A stretch of 63,941 nucleotides of DNA, filler included, from Reticulomyxa filosa (Eukaryota > Protista > Foraminifera): the NCBI GenBank assembly GCA_000512085.1. It is 21 parts of 21 records of this genome, joined end to end, with 100 filler letters (N's around TTAATTAATTAA, not from the genome) between each part and the next. Parts side by side here need not be neighbours in the genome. Positions count along the whole stretch, not along the records: positions 8,288 to 11,154 come from ASPP01020136.1; positions 11,255 to 12,254 come from ASPP01049344.1; positions 12,355 to 15,139 come from ASPP01001269.1; positions 15,240 to 17,116 come from ASPP01034670.1; positions 17,217 to 19,188 come from ASPP01018286.1; positions 19,289 to 23,512 come from ASPP01008501.1; 15 more parts are not named here. One strand, written 5' to 3'. The notes below the pieces were generated by a model, which saw only the letters and a list, made by a program, of their open reading frames with translations, did no database searches and was not told the origin of the DNA. Below are positions 8,188 to 20,857 of this stretch, piece by piece. The position numbers and the translations under genes were made by a program. Numbering within the stretch: position 1 is the first letter of the stretch; each line of letters opens with the position of its first letter.

Positions 8188-8484
8188 NNNNNNNNNNNNN
8201 NNNNNNNNNNNNNNNNNNNNNNNNNNNNNNNTTAATTAATTAANNNNNNNNNNNNNNNNNNNNNNNNNNNNNNNNNNNNNNNNNNNNTTAAATTCAAGTC
8301 TTCACGCATTTGATATTACAATTCATTTTATGTGCGAACTTGACTGGCAGCAAAAAAAAATAAAATAAAATTATGTTTCAATTTTAAAAAATATGTTATG
8401 TTGTTGAAATGTTTGTTGTTTGTGCATTATCCATGAAAATCCGTTAATTGGAAAAAAAAGTAAACTTTGAATAAAATGTGGCAA

Positions 8485-9512
8485 TTACAAAGCAGAAGCA
8501 TGAACATTGCGCTCTTTGAGGCTTTGCAACTGTGAAATGTGTTCTTTGACAAACTCTTGAATTGTCTTAAAACTGGAGTGTTTGGCGTCTCTTAAGAGCT
8601 GAAACACCAAAGACTCGGCACTCGTGATTGACGCACCTGCAGACTCCAATCGCTAATTGGAGGGAAGAGAACAATCAAACAGGATATTGCAATATGACAA
8701 TGTGAACACAAAAAAAAAAAGCAAAAACAAAAACAAAGCAAACTCGCAAAGCCAGGGCTTCATCATCTAGCCGTTGACTTCCAATGCAATCAGCAGGAAC
8801 GTGAACAATATATCCATGTCGCAACAACTCCATTGACGTTTGCAATACACAGATATGAGCCTGATGTAACCATTATAAAATTGCACATATGCATATACAT
8901 ACGTATATATACACGTATATGCATATGTATTAATAAAGTAACTTCAAGTCCGACAATAATGACATTTTTCACTTTTCCTTTGGTTTGTTTCAAACTGTCC
9001 AACTGCTTGGTTACGTCTTCACATAGCATTGAAAATTTTGTTTTTGCTACTGGTGTCACGTTTGGTGATTTCAATTCGTCAACTGTTTGGGATTTACAAA
9101 TTTTTTTTTTAAAACAAAAAAAATTTTTATATGACTTTTTTTAAAAAAAAAAAAATTTGTTTGGTTTAAAAAAAAAAAAAAAACGCACTTGTTGCCCCAA
9201 ACACTTTTGGATATTGCTCGGTTGTTATGATCGGTATTTCCAATGTTTGACAGGTTGACAACAACAAACGTGAGCTAACTATCATTCTTTCCCTTTTTTT
9301 TTTTTTTGTACACTTGGTTTTGTCATTTGTTGATTCGTTTAGCTGTTTTTTTATTCTCCATTGTTGACAAACATTTTTGGGATCACTTTTCGAAATCGTT
9401 CTTGCATGTCACACACAAACAACACTGTATCGTGTGTATGAGGCATTATAGTTTGTAATTTTGCATCATGGCTAACATCATTGGTTGATTTCGCTGGAGT
9501 ATCGGTTGCCAT
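8485..9512 (-). CDS. Isochorismatase-domain (ISOC1/2-like) hydrolase, multi-exon
   Basis: Exons give VLFVCDMQERFR, TTEQYPKVFGAT, KTKFSML, IIVGLE/AHICVLQT and ITSAESLVFQLLRDAKH. Introns are GT-AG. Confidence 0.9.
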
Positions 9513-9751
9513 TTGATTATTATGAACAGCGCAAAAAAAAAAACGGGACTTTTTTAGTATCACTCTGTCCCTCGTTAAAATTTGCTAAAAAAGTGTCGTG
9601 AAACTTTAAATATTCTAGTGTGCAAATGCATCAACAATACAAAAAACGTGTGCAAATATTGATTTTTCCTTCTCCAAAATTTCTTTTGACGGAACTTCCA
9701 AAACCTTTGGGGTTTTTTAGACGTTTAATTGATTATAGAAAGAAATAAGAC

Positions 9752-10186
9752 ATGGCACGCAGACCACAAACTGGCCAATTATTGATTGGTATAATCGCAG
9801 ATGAAGTTTTGTGACGCTTTTGCGTTTCTTTCAGAGGATAATAGAATAAAAACTTGGGACTGTTTGTACTGCAGGATACAGTGACAGGCTTTTTATTGGC
9901 AGGTATTGGTGATCGCAATCGAAAAGGCCAAAGAAATTTCTTGGCGGTGACAGGAGAGACACAAACAGCAGAAATCGAAGCTGGGTTTAAAGACATGACC
10001 CAAAATCGTGAAGACATTGGAATTTTGTTGATAACCCAGCAATGTGCCGATCAAATACGACATTTGCTGAGCCAATACGCCAAACCACTTCCAACTGTCT
10101 TGGAAATTCCATCCAAGAATCAAGAATATGACCCTGATAAGGACGACATAATGATCCGAGTCAAAAGATTGCTCGGAAAAGGCTAA
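9752..10186 (+). CDS. ATP6V1F: V-type ATPase subunit F (2 exons; intron about 9806-9874)
   Basis: MARRPQTGQLLIGIIADE/DTVTGFLLAGIG...DIGILLITQ..ADQIR..LPTVLEIPSK..YDPDKDDIM.RVK. Confidence 0.95.
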
Positions 10187-10569
10187 TTTTTTCCTTTCCA
10201 ATTTTTTTATTTTGGTTTGTGAGACGTTTTGTTTGTCAATAAGTCGAACCTACTAATAATTCACACAACAATTTTCATATTCCTCTTTCTTTTTTTAACT
10301 TTTTTTAAAAAAAGAAAGTTGGACAAGAGTAAACGAACAAAAAAAAAAAGGCTCATTAGTGAACTAATCAATAAAAGTTCAAAACTATTGATAAACAAAT
10401 TTTTTTTTTTTCCAAAAATAAATTGAAAACATTTTCAATTACAAACAAACACTTCACTTATTTCTTTTACACACGTAATTTTTTTTTAAAAGTTACAAAA
10501 AAGCACGTTTTATTGATGTGACAAAAATGGCAAAATCGAATGGAATCAAAAGGGACAAAAGGAGGACCT

Positions 10570-11120
10570 ATTGAAAACTATCGATTAGATCGTCAGATGG
10601 GATTGCTCCTTGACTTTGGCCAGCATCGCTAAGAATGGCGGAAGACCGATCATTGTATCGCTCACCCGTGAGAGTGGGAAGAGAATTGGCGGATTCCTGG
10701 GGTATGGAAGAATACGCGCCAGTAGTTCCCCACGTCGAGCGTTTCTCGATGTCGCTGACTTGCCCCTTATCGTCGTCGTCGATTACTCGAGCATAGACCG
10801 AAAACGTAAGATTCAGAAAAAGATGTCCTTATTTTGTACATTGTCAGATTATATATGTATATGCATATATGTACAGATAAACATATACATATACATACAT
10901 ATGCATATACACATATACGTATATACATATATATATGTATGTATATAACAAACCGATTCCATAGTGCACAATAACCCAAATCCAATCCTTGTCGTAGTTG
11001 CGGTTACGGTTGCCGAGAAAAACAACGACCACATAAGAGCCAAGTAGCAATGACGTATACAGTGCAAGCCCAAGAACTAGCCAAGTCAATCGACGAATGG
11101 TACTTCGAGTCTGGTCATAA
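10570..11120 (-). CDS. C-terminal exons of an unknown membrane protein
   Basis: Hydrophobic segments LTWLVLGLALYTSLLLGSYVVVVFLG and WIWVIVHYGIG, a (TA)-rich intron, then a hydrophilic tail. Confidence 0.4.
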
Positions 11121-11499
11121 CTCTTTTTTTTTTTTTTTTTTTTAATTTTTTTAANNNNNNNNNNNNNNNNNNNNNNNNNNNNNNNNNNNNNNNNNNNNTT
11201 AATTAATTAANNNNNNNNNNNNNNNNNNNNNNNNNNNNNNNNNNNNNNNNNNNNATGCAATGAAATGGTGCAAAAACAGTATCATAAGAGTGACAACATT
11301 AAAGAATCTTAAGTGTTGTAAATGATTCGTTGATGTATATCACAAAAAAAGAAATATAATACAATTGCATCAATCAGAATGTTTTAAGTTTGGATCTTGA
11401 GTAAACATGGAAACAAAGGAATTGCTATTTTTATCATTCAAATATGCCAATAGTTATGATGCGTGTCCATTTATTTGTTTTTTTATTTTAAAAATCCAA

Positions 11500-12254
11500 C
11501 TTAACTCCAATGATTTGAGTCGTTGTTCAGTTGTGATAAGTCTTGCATACAATCCATCCAATTCTTGTCTAGCCTCATCGTATTTAGCAAAAGCTGCGTC
11601 AGTTTTACGAATTTTTGCAACAAGTTCATTCTATTTTTTTTTATAAAAAAAAAAGAGATATTTTTCAAAAGACAAAAGAAAAAAAGAGTAAGACACACTT
11701 CCAACTCTTCCAAAGGTGAATGAAGAGTATCACAATGGAATTTGCCCAATTGAGGCACGAGTTCGTTGATTAAAATTTGGAGTGGCTCCAAATACTGTTC
11801 ATTAAAATTGCTAAGACCGAGAACAGGAAGAGGAGCTTCTTCTTTGGTCAATTTCAAAATCTCACGTATTTTATTGGAAAACTCTTTACCATATTCAGGA
11901 GCTTTCTTGGCCTTTGGTCCCTCAACTCTGGTCATGACAATGATCATATGTTTCCAAACATCGCGACCTAGCATAGACTCCAAATTTTTGAGCATGTTTT
12001 GGTACGTTTCGCTGATGCGAGCATCCTGATAATTTTTCACAAGTACAATTGCATGAATGAATTCAATTCCTCGCAAATACGTCACCAAGTTCGTGGCATG
12101 CTCACGGTCCCTGCCAGTGGAATCTGCTTCTCCAGGTTGGTCGGTCAAACTTACCGGATACTTGTACAGACCCTTGTCAATGAATATTTTTTTAATCTCC
12201 TGTGTCTTCGACTCCACACTGTCGCTAGGTGCAAATGGGCCCTCGAGGCCCTCT
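11500..12254 (-). CDS. AIG1/GIMAP-like GTPase (partial)
   Basis: G3-like SLTDQPGEADS, IHAIVLV, LESMLGRDVWKHMIIVMTR (AIG1 G4 region), then a coiled-coil exon. Confidence 0.7.
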
Positions 12255-13859
12255 NNNNNNNNNNNNNNNNNNNNNNNNNNNNNNNNNNNNNNNNNNNNTT
12301 AATTAATTAANNNNNNNNNNNNNNNNNNNNNNNNNNNNNNNNNNNNNNNNNNNNTCTCTATAAGATTGCATTTTAGGTTTCAACTTTCTTTTTATCTTAA
12401 TATATATACAAATCTTATGTTTTTAAATATCATTTTGATTTTTTATTATATCATTGCTGTAGTTTGCGCAACGTTGCAAAAAAATTCAGTGTAAGTCCTG
12501 GATATATGAATAAATAGAAGCTGACGTTAAAGACTGAAAAAATTATTAAGAGGAAACCAAGAAAATAGCATTTGTTAAAAGTATAATAACGAATTCCGTG
12601 TGGTCTTGTTTTGGAGTGTTAGTACCTTGTTATCAACGTAAAATTGATTGATGTATCAATATATATATTTACAAAGAAATTATATGTTCAAAAGCATTTA
12701 TTGATATTTAGAATATAATGAATATTTGACATTTCATCACAAAGAAATTACTGTAAAAGAATTGTTTTAACAAAATACTATTAAAGTATTGAATTTCACT
12801 ACAAATTCTACAGACATGAATACAATCGAAAATATGTGATTTATAGTGAAAATAAAATATACGAAAATAGAACATTCAGATCAAAAGAAATTTGGAAATA
12901 AGTTGAATTTAAAAATTGATAAAGAAACAATCACAAACTTAACAAAATCAATACCAGAGCGAATATAAGCATTATACAATGCAAAAGGTGATTTAACCAA
13001 ATGATAATTTTCACTAAAAAAAATATTACTACAAAAAAAATTTCGTTATTATGTTTTTGAACTAACTTGACTTGTTTGGCATTGGACAAAAAAAAGACAA
13101 AAAACAAATGATTTAGACAAAGCAAATAGTAGTCAAAACAATCGCGTATTTACAAGTGAATGATAATCAGTTTCATTCAAAATCAAATGAAAAAGAAGAT
13201 CATTTTATGTTAAATAAAGAATTAAAAAACTAATTTCATATTTAGAACTTCGAGCTTGTATATCTTTACAAAAAAAATTAGTTTTATGTTTGTTTTTCAT
13301 ATAGAAAATAGATTATGTTAACGTATAATAATATTTGAAATTTTTTCTGCAAACTATTGCATTACTTAGAAATATATTGTGATATTTTGTTTCTTAAATT
13401 TCATTTTAGTCAAAATTTTTCTTGTTTTACTTATTTTTGTATTTTGTTTCGTTTTAATGAAAATTTTGTCACAATATTAATTTTTCCAACAACAGTATAA
13501 TAACTATGTTGAAATGTTGTTAATGTAGTGATAATACTTACATAATAATATAATCATAATGAATATTAATTCATTTTCAAATTATATTATTAATATTGTA
13601 TATGTCATTTTGTGTTTAGTAATATTGTTATAATAAACAATATTATTATATCAAGTTTAATTTTCTGTAATTAAAACTCAATTGTAAACAAAAGTATATA
13701 ACTGTGATTACACTTTCATCGATTTTCAACGAAAATCACAAAAGGCATTTCTAAGTAATTTAGATAACTGTTACATACTAAACCAAAAAAGGAACATCAT
13801 GTTGATGAAACTGTAATTATAGTGTCCATAATTTTATAGTTTTTTGCAATTGCTAATCT

Positions 13860-15095
13860 TTATTTTTTTACATTAGCACTAACCCATTTTTCAATTAATG
13901 CAATGTCTTGCTTTCTCCAAGAAGCGTTTTTTTTAATATTTTCCACACATTGCTGCATAGAGCGTTTACATGCAGGGAAATCTAAAGAATCATAAAATTT
14001 TTCGATTTCTGAAGCTTTTTCAAATGACACAAATTCTGACGGAAGTTTGGCCAAGTGTTTAACCAAAAAGCCTCCTTCGAATATCGAATACCATTCTGAA
14101 AAAGTTTTTTGCAAAAACTCCCATGCAATTTCTCTTCCGGCGGGATTAGTTGCAAGTGTTCGAAATGGATACACTTTGTCTTGGTTCCGAACTTCGCTTG
14201 AATTTTTGATCCATTGTAGCATATGGCGAATTAACTCAGTGTCTGTTGTCCATCCTAGTGACCGCAAAGCCCAATCCTTTTCTGCAGAATCCGTAGCAGT
14301 CAAATAATACTTTTTCAATAGTTCAAAGTCTTTTTTGTCACCATTTTTTATTGCTATGGTGAACACCACACTTTTCAAAGAAGGTGATATATCTGTTTTC
14401 TTTTCATCGTTTTCGTTACTGATTTGATAACAAAGCAAATCACAAAAACGAACTTATAATGAAATAAATAAATAAATAAATAAATAAATATGTATACAAA
14501 CTTCATAAAAGATCTGAATCGTTTCAAGGCCTCATCTATAACAGGTTGATAGCCATAATCTCCAATGGACTGTATAATAAGAGGCCTTAGCAATCCTTCG
14601 ACATCTTCGTCCTCCTTTTTGTCTTCGGGTGCCTGCCAGCCAACTTTTTGGAAGATGGGTAGCAACGTATTACACATGATTTGTTTAAAATTCGGAGCAA
14701 TTACACTGTCATCATCGATGATATGATTGATTTTTTTGCGCAGCAGTTAATACAGTGTCCCATACCGGATAACTTTCATCGTTTTGGAACGAAACAATTA
14801 AATTCAGCAAGTTAAGAGTCTCCCCTGGCATTCCGCACTCCGCAACTGCCAAGGCATCTCTCACCAAGCATACCTTGTCCAACACCGTCAGGGCTTTCTC
14901 TCCATTTTTAAGTGCTTTGGTTAGTCCCTCCATCATCGCATGATCACACTGCGAGGCATAAAATCCAGTGCTGTCTGCATTCAAATGAACCCACTCAGTA
15001 TTTTTCGGCAACTCCAAAGTTTGTTTTTCATCCTTGAACAGCACACTAATAGTCTTGCTTCCAACACGTATCTTCATCGGGACACTCCATATCAT
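13860..15095 (-). CDS. M1 family (puromycin-sensitive) aminopeptidase, ERAP1-like C-terminal domain (partial)
   Basis: WSVPM, WVHLNADSTGFY, ESYPVW, ALRSLG, VRNQD, NPAGREIAWEFLQ, RSMQQCVENIKKNASW. One intron and a frameshift near 14725. Confidence 0.9.
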
Positions 15096-15239
15096 TTTTT
15101 TCTATTTGTGCAATGGTTTATTATTATTATTATTATTATNNNNNNNNNNNNNNNNNNNNNNNNNNNNNNNNNNNNNNNNNNNNTTAATTAATTAANNNNN
15201 NNNNNNNNNNNNNNNNNNNNNNNNNNNNNNNNNNNNNNN

Positions 15240-15381
15240 AAACAATTTGTCGCTTAACGTTGCTTGGAAGAGGGTAAGCAGGGGTCATATGACAAGAGGC
15301 ATGATCGCCATCAGCTCCTGCATGTGTCAATGATAGCAAATTTGATAATAAGAAAACGGATACCGCGAATTTTGATGCCAT
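15240..15381 (-). CDS. N-terminus of a secreted protein (partial)
   Basis: Signal-peptide-like MASKFAVSVFLLSNLLSLTHA running into the contig end. Confidence 0.5.
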
Positions 15382-17269
15382 TTTTGTTTTTTTTTACAAA
15401 GACTTGACTTGGACTTGAAAAACTCACAATTTTTTAAAAAAGGTGGTACTTGCATGTCCTAAAGGCCATTTAATCACGGACGTTAAAAACTTGTTGAATA
15501 TTTTTACCTTACAATCAAAATTTCATGCAGACTTTCGAAAGTAAATCAGAGACAGTAATAACTAAAAAAAAGGTTTACAGAATATGAAAAAAAACGTAGT
15601 ACCTTGGTGTGTTTCAACTTGGTCAAAAATTGTTTTCTTTGAAGAATTTGAGCAAGCTTAGTGTAAATCTTCGTTATCTTTCGGGATTTGAAGATTATTT
15701 TGGAAAAGATTGGTTGTGGAATTTCAACAAGTAAAATTTGGAGAAATTTCACAATTTACGAACAAGATAACAATTTGCAGATTTAACTGTACGAAAAGTA
15801 AATTATTGTTATATCACAGTATATGATAGTAGTTTATTTGAATACTGAAAATTGATTATGAGAATTCGAATTTGAAATATTATTTCAAGATATATAACGT
15901 GAAAATTTTATGAAAAAAATTACAAAATTAGTTGAAAAAGAATTAATGTTGGACAAACAACTATTGTACGAAAGTTTTAAAAAATTTTTATGAATAATAC
16001 ATATATGACTAATGCAAAAAATTAATAATATGAATTGAACATTTATTACAGAAATAAAATATAATTAAAAACACAATAATAATTCAAAACAACAATATTA
16101 AAAATCGTTCAAGATAAAGTAAATATAAAGTGAAGATAAAGTAAGAAAATAAAGACTAAATTAGTTTGAAAGACATTAATAAAACGAACAAAAAATAAAA
16201 AAGCAATATTATTTTGCAAATTTATCAACATTAGTAAATGTAAAATATTTATATAATGATGATCAAAATAAACTTGATAAGAAAATATATTCACATTAAC
16301 TGTTTATGAATTAGTGAGCTGCATTTGTACATTTTTATGCTTATATATAAAACTGCAAGAATTACGATAAATTGGAGAATATTACGAAAGATATATATAA
16401 AATTGTATCAAAATGCAAAATTTTCAAAAATACTTATTTAAAATAATTGAAGAAAAGACTCAATATAAAATGAAGAATCAATATATAAATCGATTTGTAT
16501 TATGAAAAATATCGATTTAATGAAACAATACCAAGTATAAAGCAAAAAATGAAAAATTATAACTTTCAAATGTTTATAATTATTGAAATTGATATTTAAA
16601 AATGGTGAATAAGTTGAAAAAAAAGATAATTAAAGAGAAAATTTATTTACTTATATATAAATGCTAAATTTGAACAGTTTGATCAATTCAGTATCAGTAG
16701 TCGAAGACAATTCAAACAACATAAGAAATATAATCGTTTTAACAATGATGTAAAAGATTGTTTGAAGAAAAAAGTAATTTGTAAGTTTTATGATATTATA
16801 AATAATAAAAATGCAAATTGCAAATATCGTTGTATATTATGTCGAGTAAATCATGCAATAGATTATATTCTCTGTGAAATCATAATCAAGACTATTGAAA
16901 AACTTGGAATCAAAATTACTATAAATGAGAATTAATATTGAAAAAGAAAAATTTATCGTGGAAAGAAACAGTTCAACAAATACAAAAAAAAAAGAAAATC
17001 CACATAACAATTCTAAAAAAAAAATTACACAACAGAAGCAGACAAAAAAATAAATACAATCTGACAAATCAAGATTCAAAACATATCAATGTATTGAGTG
17101 CAGAAATAGCAAACTTNNNNNNNNNNNNNNNNNNNNNNNNNNNNNNNNNNNNNNNNNNNNTTAATTAATTAANNNNNNNNNNNNNNNNNNNNNNNNNNNN
17201 NNNNNNNNNNNNNNNNTTTTTACATTTTCAATCAAATAATACATATATGCATATGTATATGTATATGGC

Positions 17270-17641
17270 CTGAACCTTTTTGTCCATTCTCAAATTGAAC
17301 CAATTGAAACGGCCTCACATTTGTAAACCCATTGATGTGTGCCACACCATTGTCTATCTTTTCTACTGTGCCTATCGTCTTCTTCTTCAGTAGTCTCTTT
17401 GTTATTTGCGAACTTTGCTGGCCTATCAATCGATCTGTTATGTCGGCTTCATGTTCGTTGGAATAATCGTTCGCCTTTTCTTTTGGCGCAACCATTTTTT
17501 CTTGTGTCTGTCCCAGGTCCTTGATGCGGGCGCGGGGGTGCTTATTGGCAGAAAATGCCGCGAAGATAGAAACATAAAAGGATATGCATTGTGACATAAT
17601 AATTTTCTTATCCGATAATAATTCAAACGTGAGAGCGCCAT
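17270..17641 (-). CDS. Nuclear-encoded, divergent F1 ATP synthase alpha-like protein N-terminus (partial)
   Basis: IGTVEKIDNGVAHINGFTNVRPFQLVQFENGQKG resembles the alpha-subunit beta-barrel (GxVxxxxDGIAxxxGL..V...ExVxF..GxxG). An Arg-rich presequence MALSRLNYYRIRKLL lies in another frame. An intron follows. Confidence 0.55.
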
Positions 17642-17939
17642 AATTGGTCCGAAGGGCGAGTTAAAAAAAAAATTCAAAAGCGTGTCCACCTACACTTGTT
17701 GTGCATTTTCAAGAAGCTGTGCATGAATTTTACTTAAATATTTATTTTCTTTAATTTGCATTATTTAATTGTTTTTAAAATGCTGGCCAAATGTAACTAT
17801 TTGTTTTAAATCAATTTTAATTCACTTGCGAAGTTTTTAAAAATAGTAGGAAAAAAAAAAATATCATAAATGTTGTAGTTTATATTTTGAAGTCTTAAGT
17901 GAAAATAAGCTGAAAAGCTTGAAAAGATAGTAATATTGA

Positions 17940-19160
17940 TCAGTGTTTAGGATTAGTTTTTTTGTGAAATTTGCCTTTTTTTCCTAACACTTCATTTTGA
18001 ATGCGTTTTTTTTCAAGATGCTTGTTAACTCCTTTGAATTTTGAAATTCCACTGTGATAAAGGTGATCAGGGATGGAATGTTTTGAATTGCTAACCGATT
18101 TGCCGACTAAACTTAGCCAGCTCTGTTCGAATTGTTTATTCCATTTGGAGTTGATAATGTTATTGGATGAGTACTTGTTGGTATTTTTTGTTTGTTTGCC
18201 AATATTCATGGAGACGTTTTTTACTTGAGCGGATTTTGCTTTTAAAGAATACAGTGGTAAGAGCAGCGTTGTTTGTGGCAAGTCAGGGAAGACAGCAGCA
18301 AAATCTTTTTGAAATGAATAAAAGAATGGTTCGATAGACCCGACTGCACAAAAGTGTTCTTCAAGTGCCCACCAATCTTTACGGTATTGCAACCCTTCGA
18401 TTTCTGTTTGATTGGATCATTCCCCCCCCAAAAAAATAAAAAAAATAAAAAAAAATAATATATATGTATATGTGTATATAAAAGTGCACATTAAAAAAAA
18501 AAAAAAAAAAAAAAAATTGTTCTTAACGCATGACTGTTCCCAGAATGTTCTCGGCTTCCGACCGAATTCCTCGAGCGAGATGCGGATAGACCAAAGCAGC
18601 GAAAGTTTGATTGGTAAGTTTAAAGTGGAAATCGTGATCGACATTGGCCATTAATTTGGACTTTTTGGTGGGTTGTATTTTGGAAAACCTTTCAAACATG
18701 TTTAGCAAAGATTGCCTGCTTTGTTGTGCACCGACCAAGTCTTCATTGACTATGCGTTGGCTATGAACTGAAGCGATTCCATAAATAATTAGATCAAAGG
18801 TGATTCGATTGGGACTGCAATGAAACAAGGAATAGTTGTTCAGAACGCTTTCCAATATCGACACCATATCCATGCCATTAGTGGAAGCTGCAATTGTAAC
18901 GATATTGATATTGCGCGAAGGCGAGGTGCGTTTCAATGACTGATTCCAGTCGTCGTGAATTTTCTGTTGGCGTTCCTGGAACATTCTTTCGTCCCCATGG
19001 CACACCAGCAACAACTCGTGGATGTATCCCAAAATGCGGGCGTTCAAAGATAGCACCGTGCATTTGTTGCCTTGCAGTTGTCGAGCAAATATTTCGTTTA
19101 CTTTTTTGCTGTCTCCCAAGTAGCCATACGTCGTCATTTTGGCATACTCAAGCAGTTGGG
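17940..19160 (-). CDS. PPR-like helical repeat protein (partial, 2 or more exons)
   Basis: MTTYGYLGDSKKVNEIF, PNRITFDLIIYGIA and TNQTFAALVYPHLARGIRSEAENIL resemble degenerate pentatricopeptide repeats. Confidence 0.45.
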
Positions 19161-19309
19161 AATCTAACTTTGTGTGTGTGTGTGTGTGNNNNNNNNNNNN
19201 NNNNNNNNNNNNNNNNNNNNNNNNNNNNNNNNTTAATTAATTAANNNNNNNNNNNNNNNNNNNNNNNNNNNNNNNNNNNNNNNNNNNNAAAAAAAAAAAA
19301 AAAAGAAAA

Positions 19310-20857
19310 TAGAAACAAGTAAGCCGAAAGCAGAAAAGGATGAGAACAATGTAGGACGAAGCAAAAGTGTGGGATCAGCAAAGGACTCATTCTCTCGACC
19401 CTTAGTATTCAAAAGTCAAGTCACATTTGCGACGAGTAATGACAACGAGAAACAAAAAAATGAGGTTGTATCTCCAAACAACACCACCACTACCAATGGA
19501 GTTTGGGCCAGTGGGTTGCCTCCTCTGCCGAAAACGGGCAGTGAAGAGCATGGCGGATTGCCCACGCCTGTCTACGATGATGAAGAAAATGAAAATACAA
19601 ATGACAACAAAGAGGTTAAACAATTTTTTTTTTTTTTTTTTTGTACGTGTTTTTTTTTTTTTTTTTTTATATTGTTCTGGAACATGATTTTTTTTTTTTG
19701 TGGATTGGGGAGGGAACAGGAAAAAAGGGAGAACCAACCCAAACCGATCTCACCAGTGATTGCCGCAATAAATGGATTTGATTTCGAAGCAAAAAAGAAA
19801 ATGTCATTGACGGATTTGAACGAACCCGATTATCATCTCAGTTCCAATCAAATTAAAACAGTTCCGAAAGGGACCCCGAAATTGGGCAAATTAAAACGTC
19901 TTCCACCCAGTTAAAGTTTTTTTTTTTTTTTTCTTTTTGAGTAAAAGATGTGAACATGGGTTGTGATGTAGTTTGCAGTTGCATCAAATGTTTTTGATCT
20001 CACTTGTTCTTATTCTCCCTCCTCCTTTGCCTTGCAATTACTGTCTCAGAACAACAAAAGTTTCAAAAGCAAGACAACAAAATATCGGATGTAACGTCAG
20101 TCGAACGCACCACGCAAGTGATTTATGATGAAGCGGCAGGGATGTTTTATGGACTGCCAAAGGAGTGGGAAGAACTATTGAATAAACAATTTGGGGTGTC
20201 GCCCAAACATCTTCCTGGAGTAAAATTGCCACAATATACTGCCAAAATCCCCAAAGTGTTGGTTGTGTTGAAGGAAAGATTAGTTGAGGCCAATGGGTAT
20301 CAACAGGTTGGTATTTTTCGCTTGGCCCCCGATGCGAGAGATAACAACGCTGTCAAGTCTTCGATTGACTCGGGCAAATTTCAACTCTCTGGAAATGATC
20401 GTGCTGATGTGAATGTATACGCCAATTTGATCAAAGTGTGGTTTCGAGATTTACCAGACCCTTTACTTAATTGTGTTGCTCCAGAACGGGTCGAAATGGC
20501 CAACAAAGAGGAAGACGTTGTCAAAATTATTGCTGATTTTCCTGAGCCACAAAAATCCATTTTCTTGTGGTTATGTGATATGTGTGTCGAGTGCGCTGTC
20601 CACGAAAATGTTAATAAAATGGGACCCAAAGTTATTATTGTCTTATTTCACTTTTTTTTGTTTATGCATTTCTGAAAGAAAGAAGACACTTTATTTTTTT
20701 TAATTGGAAAAAAAAACAAAAACAGAATTTGGCAATTGTGATTGGACCCAATCTCTTCAATACAACCAAATTCGAAAATCCAATGAAAGCTATGACTTAT
20801 TCTGCCAAAGTTGTTGACTTCTTTGAAAAGGCTATCAAATGGAGACAATCTCATTAA
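19310..20857 (+). CDS. CRIB/PBD-RhoGAP protein (multi-exon, 5' partial)
   Basis: ISDVTSVERTTQVIYD..MFYGLPKEWEELL (CRIB-like), GIFRLAP arginine finger, ANLIKVWFRDLPDPLL, NKMGPK/NLAIVIGPNLF. Confidence 0.93.

Noticed and set aside
10610-11089. ORFs rich in YIYICIY or FFFFF/KKKKK here and throughout
   Set aside because: Translations of intronic microsatellites and homopolymers.
15546-17116. Short ORFs in AT-rich tracts (also 12355-13800, 36000-39193, 47664-50220, 63363-63863)
   Set aside because: No recognisable motifs and frequent stops; they may be decayed gene copies but cannot be supported.
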